Origin: an uncultured Gammaproteobacteria bacterium
GTDB lineage: Bacteria > Patescibacteriota > Microgenomatia > UBA10105 > UBA927
Direction: 5' to 3'
Assembly (NCBI GenBank): GCA_964349125.1
Contig: CAYGFH010000001.1
Location: 644,801 to 708,800 of the forward strand
Length of the DNA: 64,000 nucleotides
Position numbers and translations under genes: made by a program. Shown piece after piece: positions 8,679 to 17,366 of the stretch; within the stretch, counting starts at the first letter, position 1; every line of letters begins with the position of its first letter. Below the pieces are notes generated by a model. It worked only from the letters and a program-made list of their open reading frames with translations, searched no databases and was not told where the DNA came from.

Positions 8679-8763
8679 GGAGAGGTCGCATAGTGGTCTA
8701 GTGCAGCGGTTTACTAAACCGCCGAATCGCAAGATTCCGCGAGTTCAAATCTCGCCCTCTCCG
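8679..8763 (+). tRNA. tRNA-Ser-like (type II), anticodon apparently ACT (A34)
   Basis: GGAGAGG-TC-GCAT-AGTGGTCTAGTGC-A-GCGGT-TTACTAA-ACCGC-variable arm-GCGAG-TTCAAAT-CTCGC-CCTCTCC-G(CA). Stems are perfect. The loop is identical to the neighbouring tRNA-Ser(GCT) except A instead of G at position 34. Confidence 0.6.
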
Positions 8764-8839
8764 CAACGAATATCACTGTGCCCCACTCTTCAGATTCTGT
8801 ATTGTAAATCACAAATAAAACTCCTACTATATACTGAGT

Positions 8840-9256
8840 ATGTCACTTAATTTTATCGCTATCGTTGTTGCTACAGTGCTCCAGTTTATATTTGGCGCCG
8901 TGTGGTACAGCGCTCTCTTTGGCAAATTGTGGGGAAAAATCCACGGATTCGATACATTGTCCAAGGAAGTCCAAGCGCGGATGATGAGTGAGATGGGTCC
9001 GTATTATACGGTCCAATTTTTGGTAACCATTCTTACGACCATTGTACTTGCCATATTTATCGAATATGTACCACAGAATTGGAATCCGTACGGGATGGCA
9101 TTCTTCTTTTGGATAGGATTTATTGTTCCCACACAAGTAAGTGCCGTTATTTTCGGAGGGACGCCGAGAGAGTGGATCGTGAAAAAAATCGCCGTACAAG
9201 CCGGCGCTGCCTTTGGCTGCCTTCAGATAGCAGCAGCAGTGCTTCATTTCCTCTAA
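8840..9256 (+). CDS. DUF1761-like small membrane protein
   Basis: 138 aa, 4 TM. The FGAVWYSALFGKLW and PQNW motifs are typical of the DUF1761 family. Confidence 0.5.
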   Translation: MSLNFIAIVVATVLQFIFGAVWYSALFGKLWGKIHGFDTLSKEVQARMMSEMGPYYTVQFLVTILTTIVLAIFIEYVPQNWNPYGMAFFFWIGFIVPTQVSAVIFGGTPREWIVKKIAVQAGAAFGCLQIAAAVLHFL

Positions 9257-9906
9257 TCGCAACTCGCGATTAACAGAGCCTTCCCGGCGTGTATCGTCAC
9301 CGTCGCGTTATCCGACAAAAATTCATTGCTGACACAGACAGTTTGTCCGCGACGAATTGTTGTGTGTGTAAGCGGATATTTCAAACCTCGAATTGTTACA
9401 GTAATAGTTGCAGAATTTGGGAGCAATGAAATGTACGTGAACCCTCCCCTCTTTTTCACTATTGTGCGACCTCTCGAAATGAGCTGTATGTGATTTGTTT
9501 CGTTTCGGCAGCTCATCGGAATTTTGTGCAGTAGTCCCTGTTCCAGTAGCGACAGTGTAGCGAGCGTATGATCCATCCGTGTCCCCCACCCACCCAGTAT
9601 CACAATTTCGCTTGGATGTCGTTCGATCGCCACCTGCACAGCAAGCTCCGTGTCGGTGAAGTCTTTTTCAGGATGGTACACCCTAGTATCAGAAACCGAT
9701 TTTTTTATGCGCGAGAGTTCCCTCGGGTTTGCCGAGTCAAAATCTCCGATAGCTAACTGTGGCGTCACTCCCCGGGACAAAAGCCAGTACGCTGCACGGT
9801 CCACTCCTATGACATAGTCATCGGACGTTATTTCTCCAATTAGTGCATCGTACAATACTCCGTTACAGACTATGACAACCCGATTTTTCATATAGTTATC
9901 TAGCAA
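9253..9906 (-). CDS. thiN: thiamine pyrophosphokinase
   Basis: 217 aa. IGDFDS motif, RVVIVCNG... N-terminus and a C-terminal thiamin-binding beta domain. Confidence 0.75.
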   Translation of the reverse strand: MLDNYMKNRVVIVCNGVLYDALIGEITSDDYVIGVDRAAYWLLSRGVTPQLAIGDFDSANPRELSRIKKSVSDTRVYHPEKDFTDTELAVQVAIERHPSEIVILGGWGTRMDHTLATLSLLEQGLLHKIPMSCRNETNHIQLISRGRTIVKKRGGFTYISLLPNSATITVTIRGLKYPLTHTTIRRGQTVCVSNEFLSDNATVTIHAGKALLIASCD

Positions 9907-10585
9907 TGGTTACTCCCCATACTGTGCGCACTCCATGACGTTTCAGGACATTTGCCGCTTCCCGGAGTGTCGCTCCTGTTGTACATACATCATCAAACAA
10001 CAGTATTGTTGCCTTACGCAGGTGTGAAGACTCAGTGCGCAGAGAAAACACTTGGTGCACATTGGCTAACCTATCCACTTTGCGTTTCATAGTCACTTGC
10101 GGACGAGTCGCGATATCGCGACCCAGAACATCCGCACTATACTGTAAGCCTAACCGCGTTGCAACGAGTTTTCCTAAGAGTTCAGATTGGTTAAACCCGC
10201 GAAAACGGTATCGGTAGGTGTGTAGTGGAATGGGGATGAGCATCGTGGACGTGTTATCGGTTAACACGGATATTTGGTAGGCGGAAAAAGGGATATACGA
10301 TACAAGTTCGTCGGCCATGTCCCGCACATATCCATACTTTATGGAAGTGATAAGTTTTTTCACCACATCTTTGTAATAAAAAAACGAAGTGAGCCCATCA
10401 AGGGCATATCGAGAGTGACACCGCAGGTGTGTAATACCCGCTATAGCCGGCTTTTCGCACATCGGGCATATGGATTCGTTTTGGGCTATCGGAATAATCT
10501 GTTTTTGGCAGCGCTCGCATATATACCGCCCGATTTTCCCACACGACACACACTGCTTTGGGAAAATAAAATCAAGGATGGTCAT
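9896..10585 (-). CDS. ComF-family phosphoribosyltransferase (ComFC-like)
   Basis: 229 aa. N-terminal CxxC...CxxC zinc finger (CVSCGK...CERCQK) and C-terminal PRTase motif LLFDDVCTTGATL. Confidence 0.7.
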   Translation of the reverse strand: MTILDFIFPKQCVSCGKIGRYICERCQKQIIPIAQNESICPMCEKPAIAGITHLRCHSRYALDGLTSFFYYKDVVKKLITSIKYGYVRDMADELVSYIPFSAYQISVLTDNTSTMLIPIPLHTYRYRFRGFNQSELLGKLVATRLGLQYSADVLGRDIATRPQVTMKRKVDRLANVHQVFSLRTESSHLRKATILLFDDVCTTGATLREAANVLKRHGVRTVWGVTIAR

Positions 10586-10609
10586 AGAGGGTATTTTTCA
10601 AAAAGGCTT

Positions 10610-10906
10610 TTATTTGATCTCTCCCATATCCACTCTTAAGAAATTTTTCTCGAGCTTTTGCATCTCGCCTATGTATGAAGTATTCGTAATGAAGTATTCG
10701 TAATGAAGTATTCGTAATGAAGTATTCGTAATGAAGTAATTTGAAGAGGGTTCGTAGTCGTGTTGAGGGGACATGGTCATTTGCATGTTACTCAGTCTCT
10801 TTTTTAAATTAGTGGAAAAACCAATATATAATCCGCCGTCCTTAACGGACCGTAATATATAAACGTAATACCGCTGTGTAGAAGAAACGTCTGACGTTTC
10901 TAGCAT
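10610..10906 (-). CDS. GIY-YIG domain small protein, C-terminus disrupted by a 14-bp tandem repeat (possibly degenerate)
   Basis: YYVYILRSVKDGGLYIGFSTNLKKRL matches the GIY-YIG N-terminal half. Downstream, the reading frame runs through repeated YEYFITNTS blocks instead of the usual conserved C-terminal half. Confidence 0.45.
   Translation of the reverse strand: MLETSDVSSTQRYYVYILRSVKDGGLYIGFSTNLKKRLSNMQMTMSPQHDYEPSSNYFITNTSLRILHYEYFITNTSYIGEMQKLEKNFLRVDMGEIK
10676..10739. repeat. 14-bp tandem repeat (TGAAGTATTCGTAA) x about 4.5
   Basis: Directly visible at 10676-10739. Three units equal 42 bp, so the frame is retained per three units. Confidence 0.85.
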
Positions 10907-10976
10907 ACGTACATATGTTAAGATGTGGCCGCGTCAAACGCGGCTCACATCTCACGCGGCTATAGCCGCGTCGACG

Positions 10977-11395
10977 TGGTGGAGATGCCGAGTATTGAGC
11001 TCGGGTCCGAATAGAGTAACTAAAAACGTCTACAAGCGTAGTCCATTTTATTTTCCCCGCCTACCTATAAATGGACAAAGTAGTTGGCGGAGAGGGTTGA
11101 CCAAACGTGCGCCGAACGTAATAGGTCTGTTACGTCCTGATGTCCCGGCTAAGTTTTAACCTCTCCCGACTCACCGGAAAAAATCAAAGAGAGATTGCTT
11201 TACGCAAAAAGATATGCTCTTTGTGCGGAAGCCCCTGTCAAACTTGCCAATTTCTGCTCGAGAGCAGCAATATAGCGGCTTGAAAGGGAGTCTGTTGATT
11301 CCTCAGCAGATAAATTTTGAACCTGTTTTACGACTATTGTTCAAAGTCGGCTTGCTGTTTTTAATGTGCTGCCATCCGTCGAATCATTCATCCCC
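10977..11395 (-). ncRNA. ssrA: tmRNA (ssrA)
   Basis: The minus-strand 5' end GGGGATGAATGATTCGACGG (reverse complement of 11376-11395) matches the tmRNA 5' consensus GGGGcTGAttcgGATTCGACGG. The 3' end CCGAG-CTCAATA-CTCGG-CATCTCC-A-CCA (reverse complement of 10977-11008) forms a T-arm plus acceptor with encoded CCA that pairs with the 5' GGGGATG. It lies immediately upstream, on the same strand, of smpB. About 419 nt. Confidence 0.7.
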
Positions 11396-11439
11396 TTCGA
11401 TTCGCATCGCTCGCTCAGGGTAAACCTGTTACTGCGAAG

Positions 11440-11883
11440 CTACTTAACTTTCCCCCGAAATTCCCGATCAAGCTCCCGTCGCAAAATTTCTTTTTTCTTG
11501 GAATCACGTTTTTCAAACTGTTTTTTCCCTTTTGCGACAGCTATCTCAAGCTTTATTCGAGGACCCTTAGTATACCAAGAGACAGGAATGACGGTCAAAT
11601 TCGCACCCCCAAGCTTAATTTGTATACGAAGCAATTCCCGTTTATGGAGAAGTAATTTTCGCGTCCGTTTTGGATCATAATGGTCTGGTCTCGCGTACTG
11701 GTATGCAAAAATTTGTGCGTTTAAAAGATATGCCTCCCCATCGATAATCCTCACGAATGCCCCCTCCAGAGATGCATGTCCGGCTTTTACAGATTTCACC
11801 TCCATGCCCAATAGAGACACCCCTGCCTCAAACCGTTCAAGGATCGTATAGTCAAATGTAGCTTTCCTATTCACTATTCCCAT
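11440..11883 (-). CDS. smpB: SsrA-binding protein SmpB
   Basis: 147 aa. GIVNRKATFDY...LLGMEVKS...LLLHKRE and a basic C-terminal tail match SmpB. Confidence 0.85.
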   Translation of the reverse strand: MGIVNRKATFDYTILERFEAGVSLLGMEVKSVKAGHASLEGAFVRIIDGEAYLLNAQIFAYQYARPDHYDPKRTRKLLLHKRELLRIQIKLGGANLTVIPVSWYTKGPRIKLEIAVAKGKKQFEKRDSKKKEILRRELDREFRGKVK

Positions 11884-11924
11884 AGTGTGTCCATTTTACC
11901 ACGGGGTGATTGTGGAAACGTGAT

Positions 11925-13790
11925 TTACTTCAAATCTATGGTGTACAGTTTACCGCTTATGAGTAACACAATTTTTTTCAACTTCTCGTATACGGAAAAT
12001 TGAGTCGGATGCTGTCCTGAATACTGATACTGCGAAACATACATGCCGTCTTTATCCAATACCACAATACGTGAGTGAGAAGCATCCAGCACATAGACGT
12101 AAGTGGTGTCATCGCTCGTATATATAATAGGCGATTTTCCAAATGCAGGATCCACGCCTTTTACGAAATAGGTGTTTTCTTTTCCCTGGGTAAATCGCAA
12201 CACGGTGCCATCCTCGTTTCCCATAAAAACAGATCCGTCTATGGCAAGACCACTTGTGCGCGTCAAGTCAGGAAGCGTATCTGGGTTTAAATATTCCCGC
12301 CGTTCAGAAAATCCTTTTTCTGTCGCGACATATTTCCAAATCCTACTTTTTATCACATCGAGTAAATAAATATTCCCACCAAATGACACTATCGATTGGA
12401 TCGTTCCCCACTCTTCATCTTTTTTTATAACAAGTGTCGGTTTTTTGGCGCCCGGGGTTATCTCCAGCACACCAGTATCAGAAAGCACATATGTTTTAAT
12501 TCCATGAGCAGTGACAAGGAGTGGCCCTTTTACATCGGCTCCTCCGCCGATGATCTGTGCATTTTTGGAGGCAATATCCATTTTATAAATCGTATTCGTC
12601 GCTAGATCAGATAGCACTATTGCGTTGCCATCACGTGACAAAGAACTGATCGCTCCATTTTTTTTGAGCAGTGACACATCATAGTACAAGGATGGAGTAA
12701 CTTTTGTTATTCTAAGTGCTAAAGTGAGATTATCGGAAATCGTTTGATAGACTTCAAGTACTTTTCTCCCCTCAACCGTTCGTGTGGATACCGTCTCACG
12801 GAGTGGAGCGAGCAGTTTCTGTGCTTGTTCAAGTCTCTCCCGTCCCTTAGCCGGATTAAGCTCCAAAAGGGCGACCCCCTCCTCCAACGCATGCTGTGCC
12901 TCTAGGGTAATTGCTTCAACACGTTGATTCTTTTTCACACCAGCTTGCTTCATCACACCTAAAATGACACTGACAATGAAAAGCCCTATCATCACTGCTG
13001 TACCTATCGCAATCATATGTTTCGGATTTGCAAAAAGATATCGCATCCATTCTTTTGGAGCAAACCAGAATCGAAACGATCGGATATCACCCAGTTTTGA
13101 AAACATCGTTTCTTTTTTGCGCGCTGGCACGTCATCATTCGATGACTGAGGCTTGGGAACCGTTCCGGCAATGTGTGAATCGGAGGTTTCGATTGATGCC
13201 GAATCGGCATCAACAGACAGTATAGGCTCAGGCTCACTAAACTCTGATACTCCAAAAACCAGCGCTACACTTCCTTCCCCTCCAGTTTTTTCGTGCAACA
13301 TAAGCGTCAGTTTTTCAGCTATTTCAACGGGAGGTAAATGATCAAACAAGCCTGACAGCTCTTCACGGGTGAGGACTCCTGTAAACCCGTCAGAAGCAAG
13401 TAGAATCGTATCTTTCAATTTGACTTCGCCAGATATAGCTCCGTCTGTATGCATGAGACTGGCTAGTTCTGTGCCCCGCTTCACATATACCATTCCTTTT
13501 CCCCGTACGACCAGGTAGATAACAGTGCGAATGGGTACAAGCACAATGAGAGAGCGGATGTATGGCTGCGTCACGCGGTCACATATATCTTCTAGATCAT
13601 GAAGGCTACGGGGATCCTGACTTAAAAGTTCTGCCAGTTGTGATAATAGAGAAACTCCAAGTTCTTGTGCATGACCCTCCGCATCTTCAATTTCGAGGAT
13701 GCCGTACGCGGAAGGGGTGGTTAACACCTGACTCCAATGCACAGCATTGACAGGACCAACCACTAATCCGAGAGACGGTTTTATACGCAT
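11925..13790 (-). CDS. membrane-anchored PP2C-like (PPM) phosphatase with large extracytoplasmic beta-propeller-like domain
   Basis: 621 aa. The N-terminal ~200 aa carry PPM-like blocks (GILEIEDAEGHA..., VKRGTELASLMHTDGAISGE..., ILLASDGFTGVL). A single TM follows at about residue 250-275. The C-terminal ~340 aa are rich in repeated beta-strand motifs (YVLDASHSRIVVLDKDGMY). Confidence 0.5.
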   Translation of the reverse strand: MRIKPSLGLVVGPVNAVHWSQVLTTPSAYGILEIEDAEGHAQELGVSLLSQLAELLSQDPRSLHDLEDICDRVTQPYIRSLIVLVPIRTVIYLVVRGKGMVYVKRGTELASLMHTDGAISGEVKLKDTILLASDGFTGVLTREELSGLFDHLPPVEIAEKLTLMLHEKTGGEGSVALVFGVSEFSEPEPILSVDADSASIETSDSHIAGTVPKPQSSNDDVPARKKETMFSKLGDIRSFRFWFAPKEWMRYLFANPKHMIAIGTAVMIGLFIVSVILGVMKQAGVKKNQRVEAITLEAQHALEEGVALLELNPAKGRERLEQAQKLLAPLRETVSTRTVEGRKVLEVYQTISDNLTLALRITKVTPSLYYDVSLLKKNGAISSLSRDGNAIVLSDLATNTIYKMDIASKNAQIIGGGADVKGPLLVTAHGIKTYVLSDTGVLEITPGAKKPTLVIKKDEEWGTIQSIVSFGGNIYLLDVIKSRIWKYVATEKGFSERREYLNPDTLPDLTRTSGLAIDGSVFMGNEDGTVLRFTQGKENTYFVKGVDPAFGKSPIIYTSDDTTYVYVLDASHSRIVVLDKDGMYVSQYQYSGQHPTQFSVYEKLKKIVLLISGKLYTIDLK

Positions 13791-13815
13791 ATATCTATAC
13801 TAACACGAAGAAATG

Positions 13816-14034
13816 CTACAGAAGTATAAGGGCGAGCACAAACAGTGCAATACTTACCAGCAGATGGATGAGTGCGAGGGTTTTGATAACGGGTTCGAAG
13901 CCTTCTTCAATTACCGCCGACATCAACCGTTCCTGCCTGACAATGACCAGGGAAAACACTATATAAATAGCAAGTCCCAACAGAGTGAATGCTTTTATCA
14001 CGAGCCAAAATATGCCTGCAAAATCTCCTGTCAT
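13816..14034 (-). CDS. small membrane protein (2 TM)
   Basis: 72 aa. Its start overlaps the stop of the upstream gene by 4 nt (ATGA), suggesting translational coupling. Confidence 0.35.
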   Translation of the reverse strand: MTGDFAGIFWLVIKAFTLLGLAIYIVFSLVIVRQERLMSAVIEEGFEPVIKTLALIHLLVSIALFVLALILL

Positions 14035-14663
14035 TCTGGCCTCCCACTGTTTGCCGAAACACTTCGTATTTGCTCCACCACTTTATCCGGTCTTGGCACG
14101 CTGGTACACTCGATATTCGGTGTTTCACCAGCTGTCTCAACAGTCACATTTCCATAGTTAAAGAATGTAGCCATTATGCCACTTGCTGAATAGGTTATGT
14201 TTTGAATCCGGGAGAGCTCTGCTTGAGAAAAGCGCTTCACCAGAAGGTTTATAAAATCTATATCAACAATACGTTCGTTTGTAACGATATAAATATTGAA
14301 ATACCAACCGATAAACTTCACGATCACAAATCCTAGTGTTGCCAGGTACCAAAACAATGTCCCTACCAACACATAGGAAGCAGGTATCAGGGTAGATATA
14401 CCAAATAGAGAAATGAGAATTGGAAATATAAAAAGTGGCGCCATAGCCATTGCAACAGCAGCCAGCATCCAGGGAACATTTACAATAAAATGTTGCCGTA
14501 AAAACAACAGCACCACTTCATCCGCCTCCTGGGTCTCAAATCGCACGGTTGAAGGATTCTCTGCATAGCACGTGAACAGGTTAATTTTATCAGATCGAAC
14601 AGGAGCCGGAGAGGTCTTCGGTTTTACCGGGCTTGAGGTGGCGCTGTCAAATACGGTTGGCAC
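14031..14663 (-). CDS. bacterial PH-domain (YdbS/YdbT-like) membrane protein
   Basis: 210 aa. Two TM helices followed by a YIVTNERIVDIDF motif typical of the bPH_2 family. Confidence 0.45.
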   Translation of the reverse strand: MPTVFDSATSSPVKPKTSPAPVRSDKINLFTCYAENPSTVRFETQEADEVVLLFLRQHFIVNVPWMLAAVAMAMAPLFIFPILISLFGISTLIPASYVLVGTLFWYLATLGFVIVKFIGWYFNIYIVTNERIVDIDFINLLVKRFSQAELSRIQNITYSASGIMATFFNYGNVTVETAGETPNIECTSVPRPDKVVEQIRSVSANSGRPE

Positions 14664-14685
14664 ACTCGTATTGTACTACACGGTG

Positions 14686-16419
14686 CTATTTTTTCTCAAT
14701 ATTATAAAGACCGGACTTTAAAGATATCTTGCCCGGAGCTCTTAAATTAAACGCTTTATAAAAGTCATTCCCGTTTATTTCAGTGCTCCCCTTATTTGTT
14801 TGGAATGTCACTTTTGCCGTAGTGCCACCTTCGGAATATGTCACAGCAACACCGGATACGGCTGTAAACCCGCCGATTCCCCGCAAATCATCCCGACTGT
14901 AAGGATTGCCACCCCAACACGACCCTTGCGGTGTCACGCGGGAACTTTCCCCTTTTCCTTGGAACAATACAACCCAGGCATTGAGAATATCTGCCATTTC
15001 ATCACTAGTAAGCCATGGATGGCTTCTGCCGCAACTATCCCCAGATCTGTCCTTCCACCATCCTTTGTAAAACCATGGACTTCCACCAATTTTTTCATAC
15101 GCCTGGCTTGTCCAGCCGGACCTCCCGTTCGCGGTATCCCAAAAGCCTGGTGTGGAATATCCGTTTGCACTGTACGATTCCTGATACCCGCCACTTGTTG
15201 AGGCGTACCACGTGGAAAATGGAGATCCATTGGCGTACACCACTTTCCCACGGGTTGCGTTTACCGCTTCGTCCCACTTGCCACCCTTTGCCCCTGGCTT
15301 AAACACCTGACAACTCTCCGTCGCACAGATCGTCCCACCCCGGGCAAGTGCATAACTTCGAGCTGCGATGGCCTGGGCTTTGAGTGCTTCCATACCTCCC
15401 TCATCACCCCAACTTCCAGGCATTTCATATATGCGTTTCGCGTACTCTTCAAGAGAATAGGTCCCGTACCCCGTCACGTTGATTTGCGCATCAGGGTTGT
15501 GATCACGGATTTCAATGCCGGACCCATAATATGCCTTGAGAATAGTTTCATAATTCTGTCCAGATTTTGCCCGACCAAACGCTCCATATTGGCTCATACC
15601 CTTAAAATGCGGTGCACCGAAGCTAAATGCGGCAAACGCAGGTGAAAATCCTGGATTATAATCAGGGCGGGAGGCCGCGTCATCAGCAAGCGGCACATCT
15701 CCGACGCTTGTCTGGAACGTGCCAGTTTTTGCACTCAAAATTGACTGCTGCAGTGCAGACAGATTTGCAATGATGCCGGTCAATTTACTCTGGTAAGCAT
15801 CCGCATCACCGACTAATTTGCGGACCGATGCCGCCCGTTTATCCGTTTCTTCTTTTAGGTACGCAAGAGAGCTCTTTTCGTTTTCCAACGCTTTTTTCTT
15901 ATCCTCCAGATCTTTCACCGATATCGCCGTCTGCGTAATTGCCTTTTTATCAGTGTTTACGACTGCATTCTGATACGCCATCACACGCAGCATCTCTCCG
16001 ATGGATGTGGAAGATAAAAATGTGGCAAACGGAGTGAATCGGGTATTATTAATATAAAATTCCCGAATTCTCCGGTTTGCCAGCACCAACAATTCTCCTA
16101 ATGCTTCTTCTCCTGCCTTGATGGCTGCTGCTTTTTGCACCACGGAGGCTTCAATAGATTTGATCCGTGATTGAAATGTAGCGATATCCGACTCCATTTT
16201 CTTCAATGCGTCTACATGGGGACGCTTTGCTGACTCCATCTGATCCCAGGCTTCTTTGCACTTTGCAATCTTGTCGCGGCATTCAATTGCGTTTGAGCAG
16301 GATGGGTCACACTCAGCTGCATATACGTGAGACACGAGTAACCCAAAACTCATAACAACACAGATAAAGATTCCTATTGTTTTGAATAGAAGTGAGCTGT
16401 TGGGTACCATATTTTTCAT
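14686..16419 (-). CDS. SpoIID/LytB-domain protein with N-terminal signal peptide and coiled-coil region
   Basis: 577 aa. Signal/TM at the N-terminus, a ~200-aa heptad-rich segment, then the SpoIID/LytB signature MEALKAQAIAARSYA...GGTICATESCQVF. Confidence 0.7.
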   Translation of the reverse strand: MKNMVPNSSLLFKTIGIFICVVMSFGLLVSHVYAAECDPSCSNAIECRDKIAKCKEAWDQMESAKRPHVDALKKMESDIATFQSRIKSIEASVVQKAAAIKAGEEALGELLVLANRRIREFYINNTRFTPFATFLSSTSIGEMLRVMAYQNAVVNTDKKAITQTAISVKDLEDKKKALENEKSSLAYLKEETDKRAASVRKLVGDADAYQSKLTGIIANLSALQQSILSAKTGTFQTSVGDVPLADDAASRPDYNPGFSPAFAAFSFGAPHFKGMSQYGAFGRAKSGQNYETILKAYYGSGIEIRDHNPDAQINVTGYGTYSLEEYAKRIYEMPGSWGDEGGMEALKAQAIAARSYALARGGTICATESCQVFKPGAKGGKWDEAVNATRGKVVYANGSPFSTWYASTSGGYQESYSANGYSTPGFWDTANGRSGWTSQAYEKIGGSPWFYKGWWKDRSGDSCGRSHPWLTSDEMADILNAWVVLFQGKGESSRVTPQGSCWGGNPYSRDDLRGIGGFTAVSGVAVTYSEGGTTAKVTFQTNKGSTEINGNDFYKAFNLRAPGKISLKSGLYNIEKK

Positions 16420-16518
16420 ATTGTATCGGTAGGATGTCTAATCGGTATTACCACAGGATAGACACAATTTAATTGTACCATTCTTTATTTCCCACACATA
16501 ATTTGATACACTTACCAT

Positions 16519-17001
16519 ATGCGAATATTTGGCTTTATTACGGGCTTTTTCATATTACTGGTAGTTTCAGGAGTTATGGTTCCTCGTGTGTTCGCTCAGG
16601 GATCAACGACGACGATGCAAAACAATGCATGTGATCCAATTACCGATCCAGATGCAAAGAGCAAGTGCGAAGCATGTATGGGTGGAGAGACAAATACTGG
16701 TACCTTCACTGCATTAGGGTGCATTTCAACACATCCTGGAGACCTGCTCGGAAAAATTATTGGGCTCGCAATCGGCATGGCTGGCGGAATTGCGTTTTTG
16801 TTGATACTGTTTGGAGGATTTCAAATAATGACAAGCGCTGGCAACCCAGAGCAACTTAATGCTGGTCGCGAATTAGTCAGCTCTGCAATTACGGGACTGT
16901 TACTTATTATTTTCTCTATTTTTATATTACAATTTATCGGGGTGAATCTAATAGGAATTCCGGGGTTTGGAGGAACACCTGGTGCTTCAGGCGGAAGATA
17001 A
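16519..17001 (+). CDS. VirB2/TrbC-like T4SS pilin paralog 1
   Basis: 160 aa. Signal peptide (…PRVFAQ), then two hydrophobic helices separated by a short polar loop (TSAGNPEQLNAGRELVSSAITG), the PF04956-like architecture. It belongs to an 8-member paralog family in this window. Confidence 0.5.
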   Translation: MRIFGFITGFFILLVVSGVMVPRVFAQGSTTTMQNNACDPITDPDAKSKCEACMGGETNTGTFTALGCISTHPGDLLGKIIGLAIGMAGGIAFLLILFGGFQIMTSAGNPEQLNAGRELVSSAITGLLLIIFSIFILQFIGVNLIGIPGFGGTPGASGGR

Positions 17002-17002
17002 T

Positions 17003-17362
17003 ATGAAATACTTAACACAAAATCTATCTATACCGTGGGGAACGGGCCCAGGAGATACAGCTACCATTAAAGGTCCTCTCGGTGATGGAGTAATAGGCGG
17101 TGGAGCAGCAACCGTTGGAGGTTTACTCTCAAGCGCTATGAAATTGGTATTTCTCTTCGGAGGAGTAGGGCTCCTCCTCATGCTGTTGGCGGGTGGCTTT
17201 ACATTTCTCACGAGCGCAGGAGATATGAAAAAACTTGAAAAAGGCAAACAGCAAATCACAAACGCAATACTGGGATTTATCATCATTTATGGAGCGTATT
17301 GGGCGGTTCAGATCTTAGGATTCATATTCGGATTCGAAGCAATCGATACTATTTTCTCCTAA
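17003..17362 (+). CDS. VirB2/TrbC-like T4SS pilin paralog 2
   Basis: Start taken at Met of MKYLTQNL, 1 nt after the pilin-1 stop. It has the same TM-loop-TM pattern (LTSAGDMKKLEKGKQQITNAILGFIIIY). Confidence 0.5.
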   Translation: MKYLTQNLSIPWGTGPGDTATIKGPLGDGVIGGGAATVGGLLSSAMKLVFLFGGVGLLLMLLAGGFTFLTSAGDMKKLEKGKQQITNAILGFIIIYGAYWAVQILGFIFGFEAIDTIFS

Positions 17363-17366
17363 CAAT

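Noticed and set aside
10676-10739. Tandem repeat as a CRISPR array
   Set aside because: 14-bp units are directly adjacent without spacers and lie inside a coding frame. This is a microsatellite, not CRISPR. No cas genes are in the window.
10923-11680. ORFs 10923-11159, 11214-11423 and 11366-11680 (+)
   Set aside because: They overlap the tmRNA gene and run antisense into smpB. No motifs. The region is explained by ssrA.
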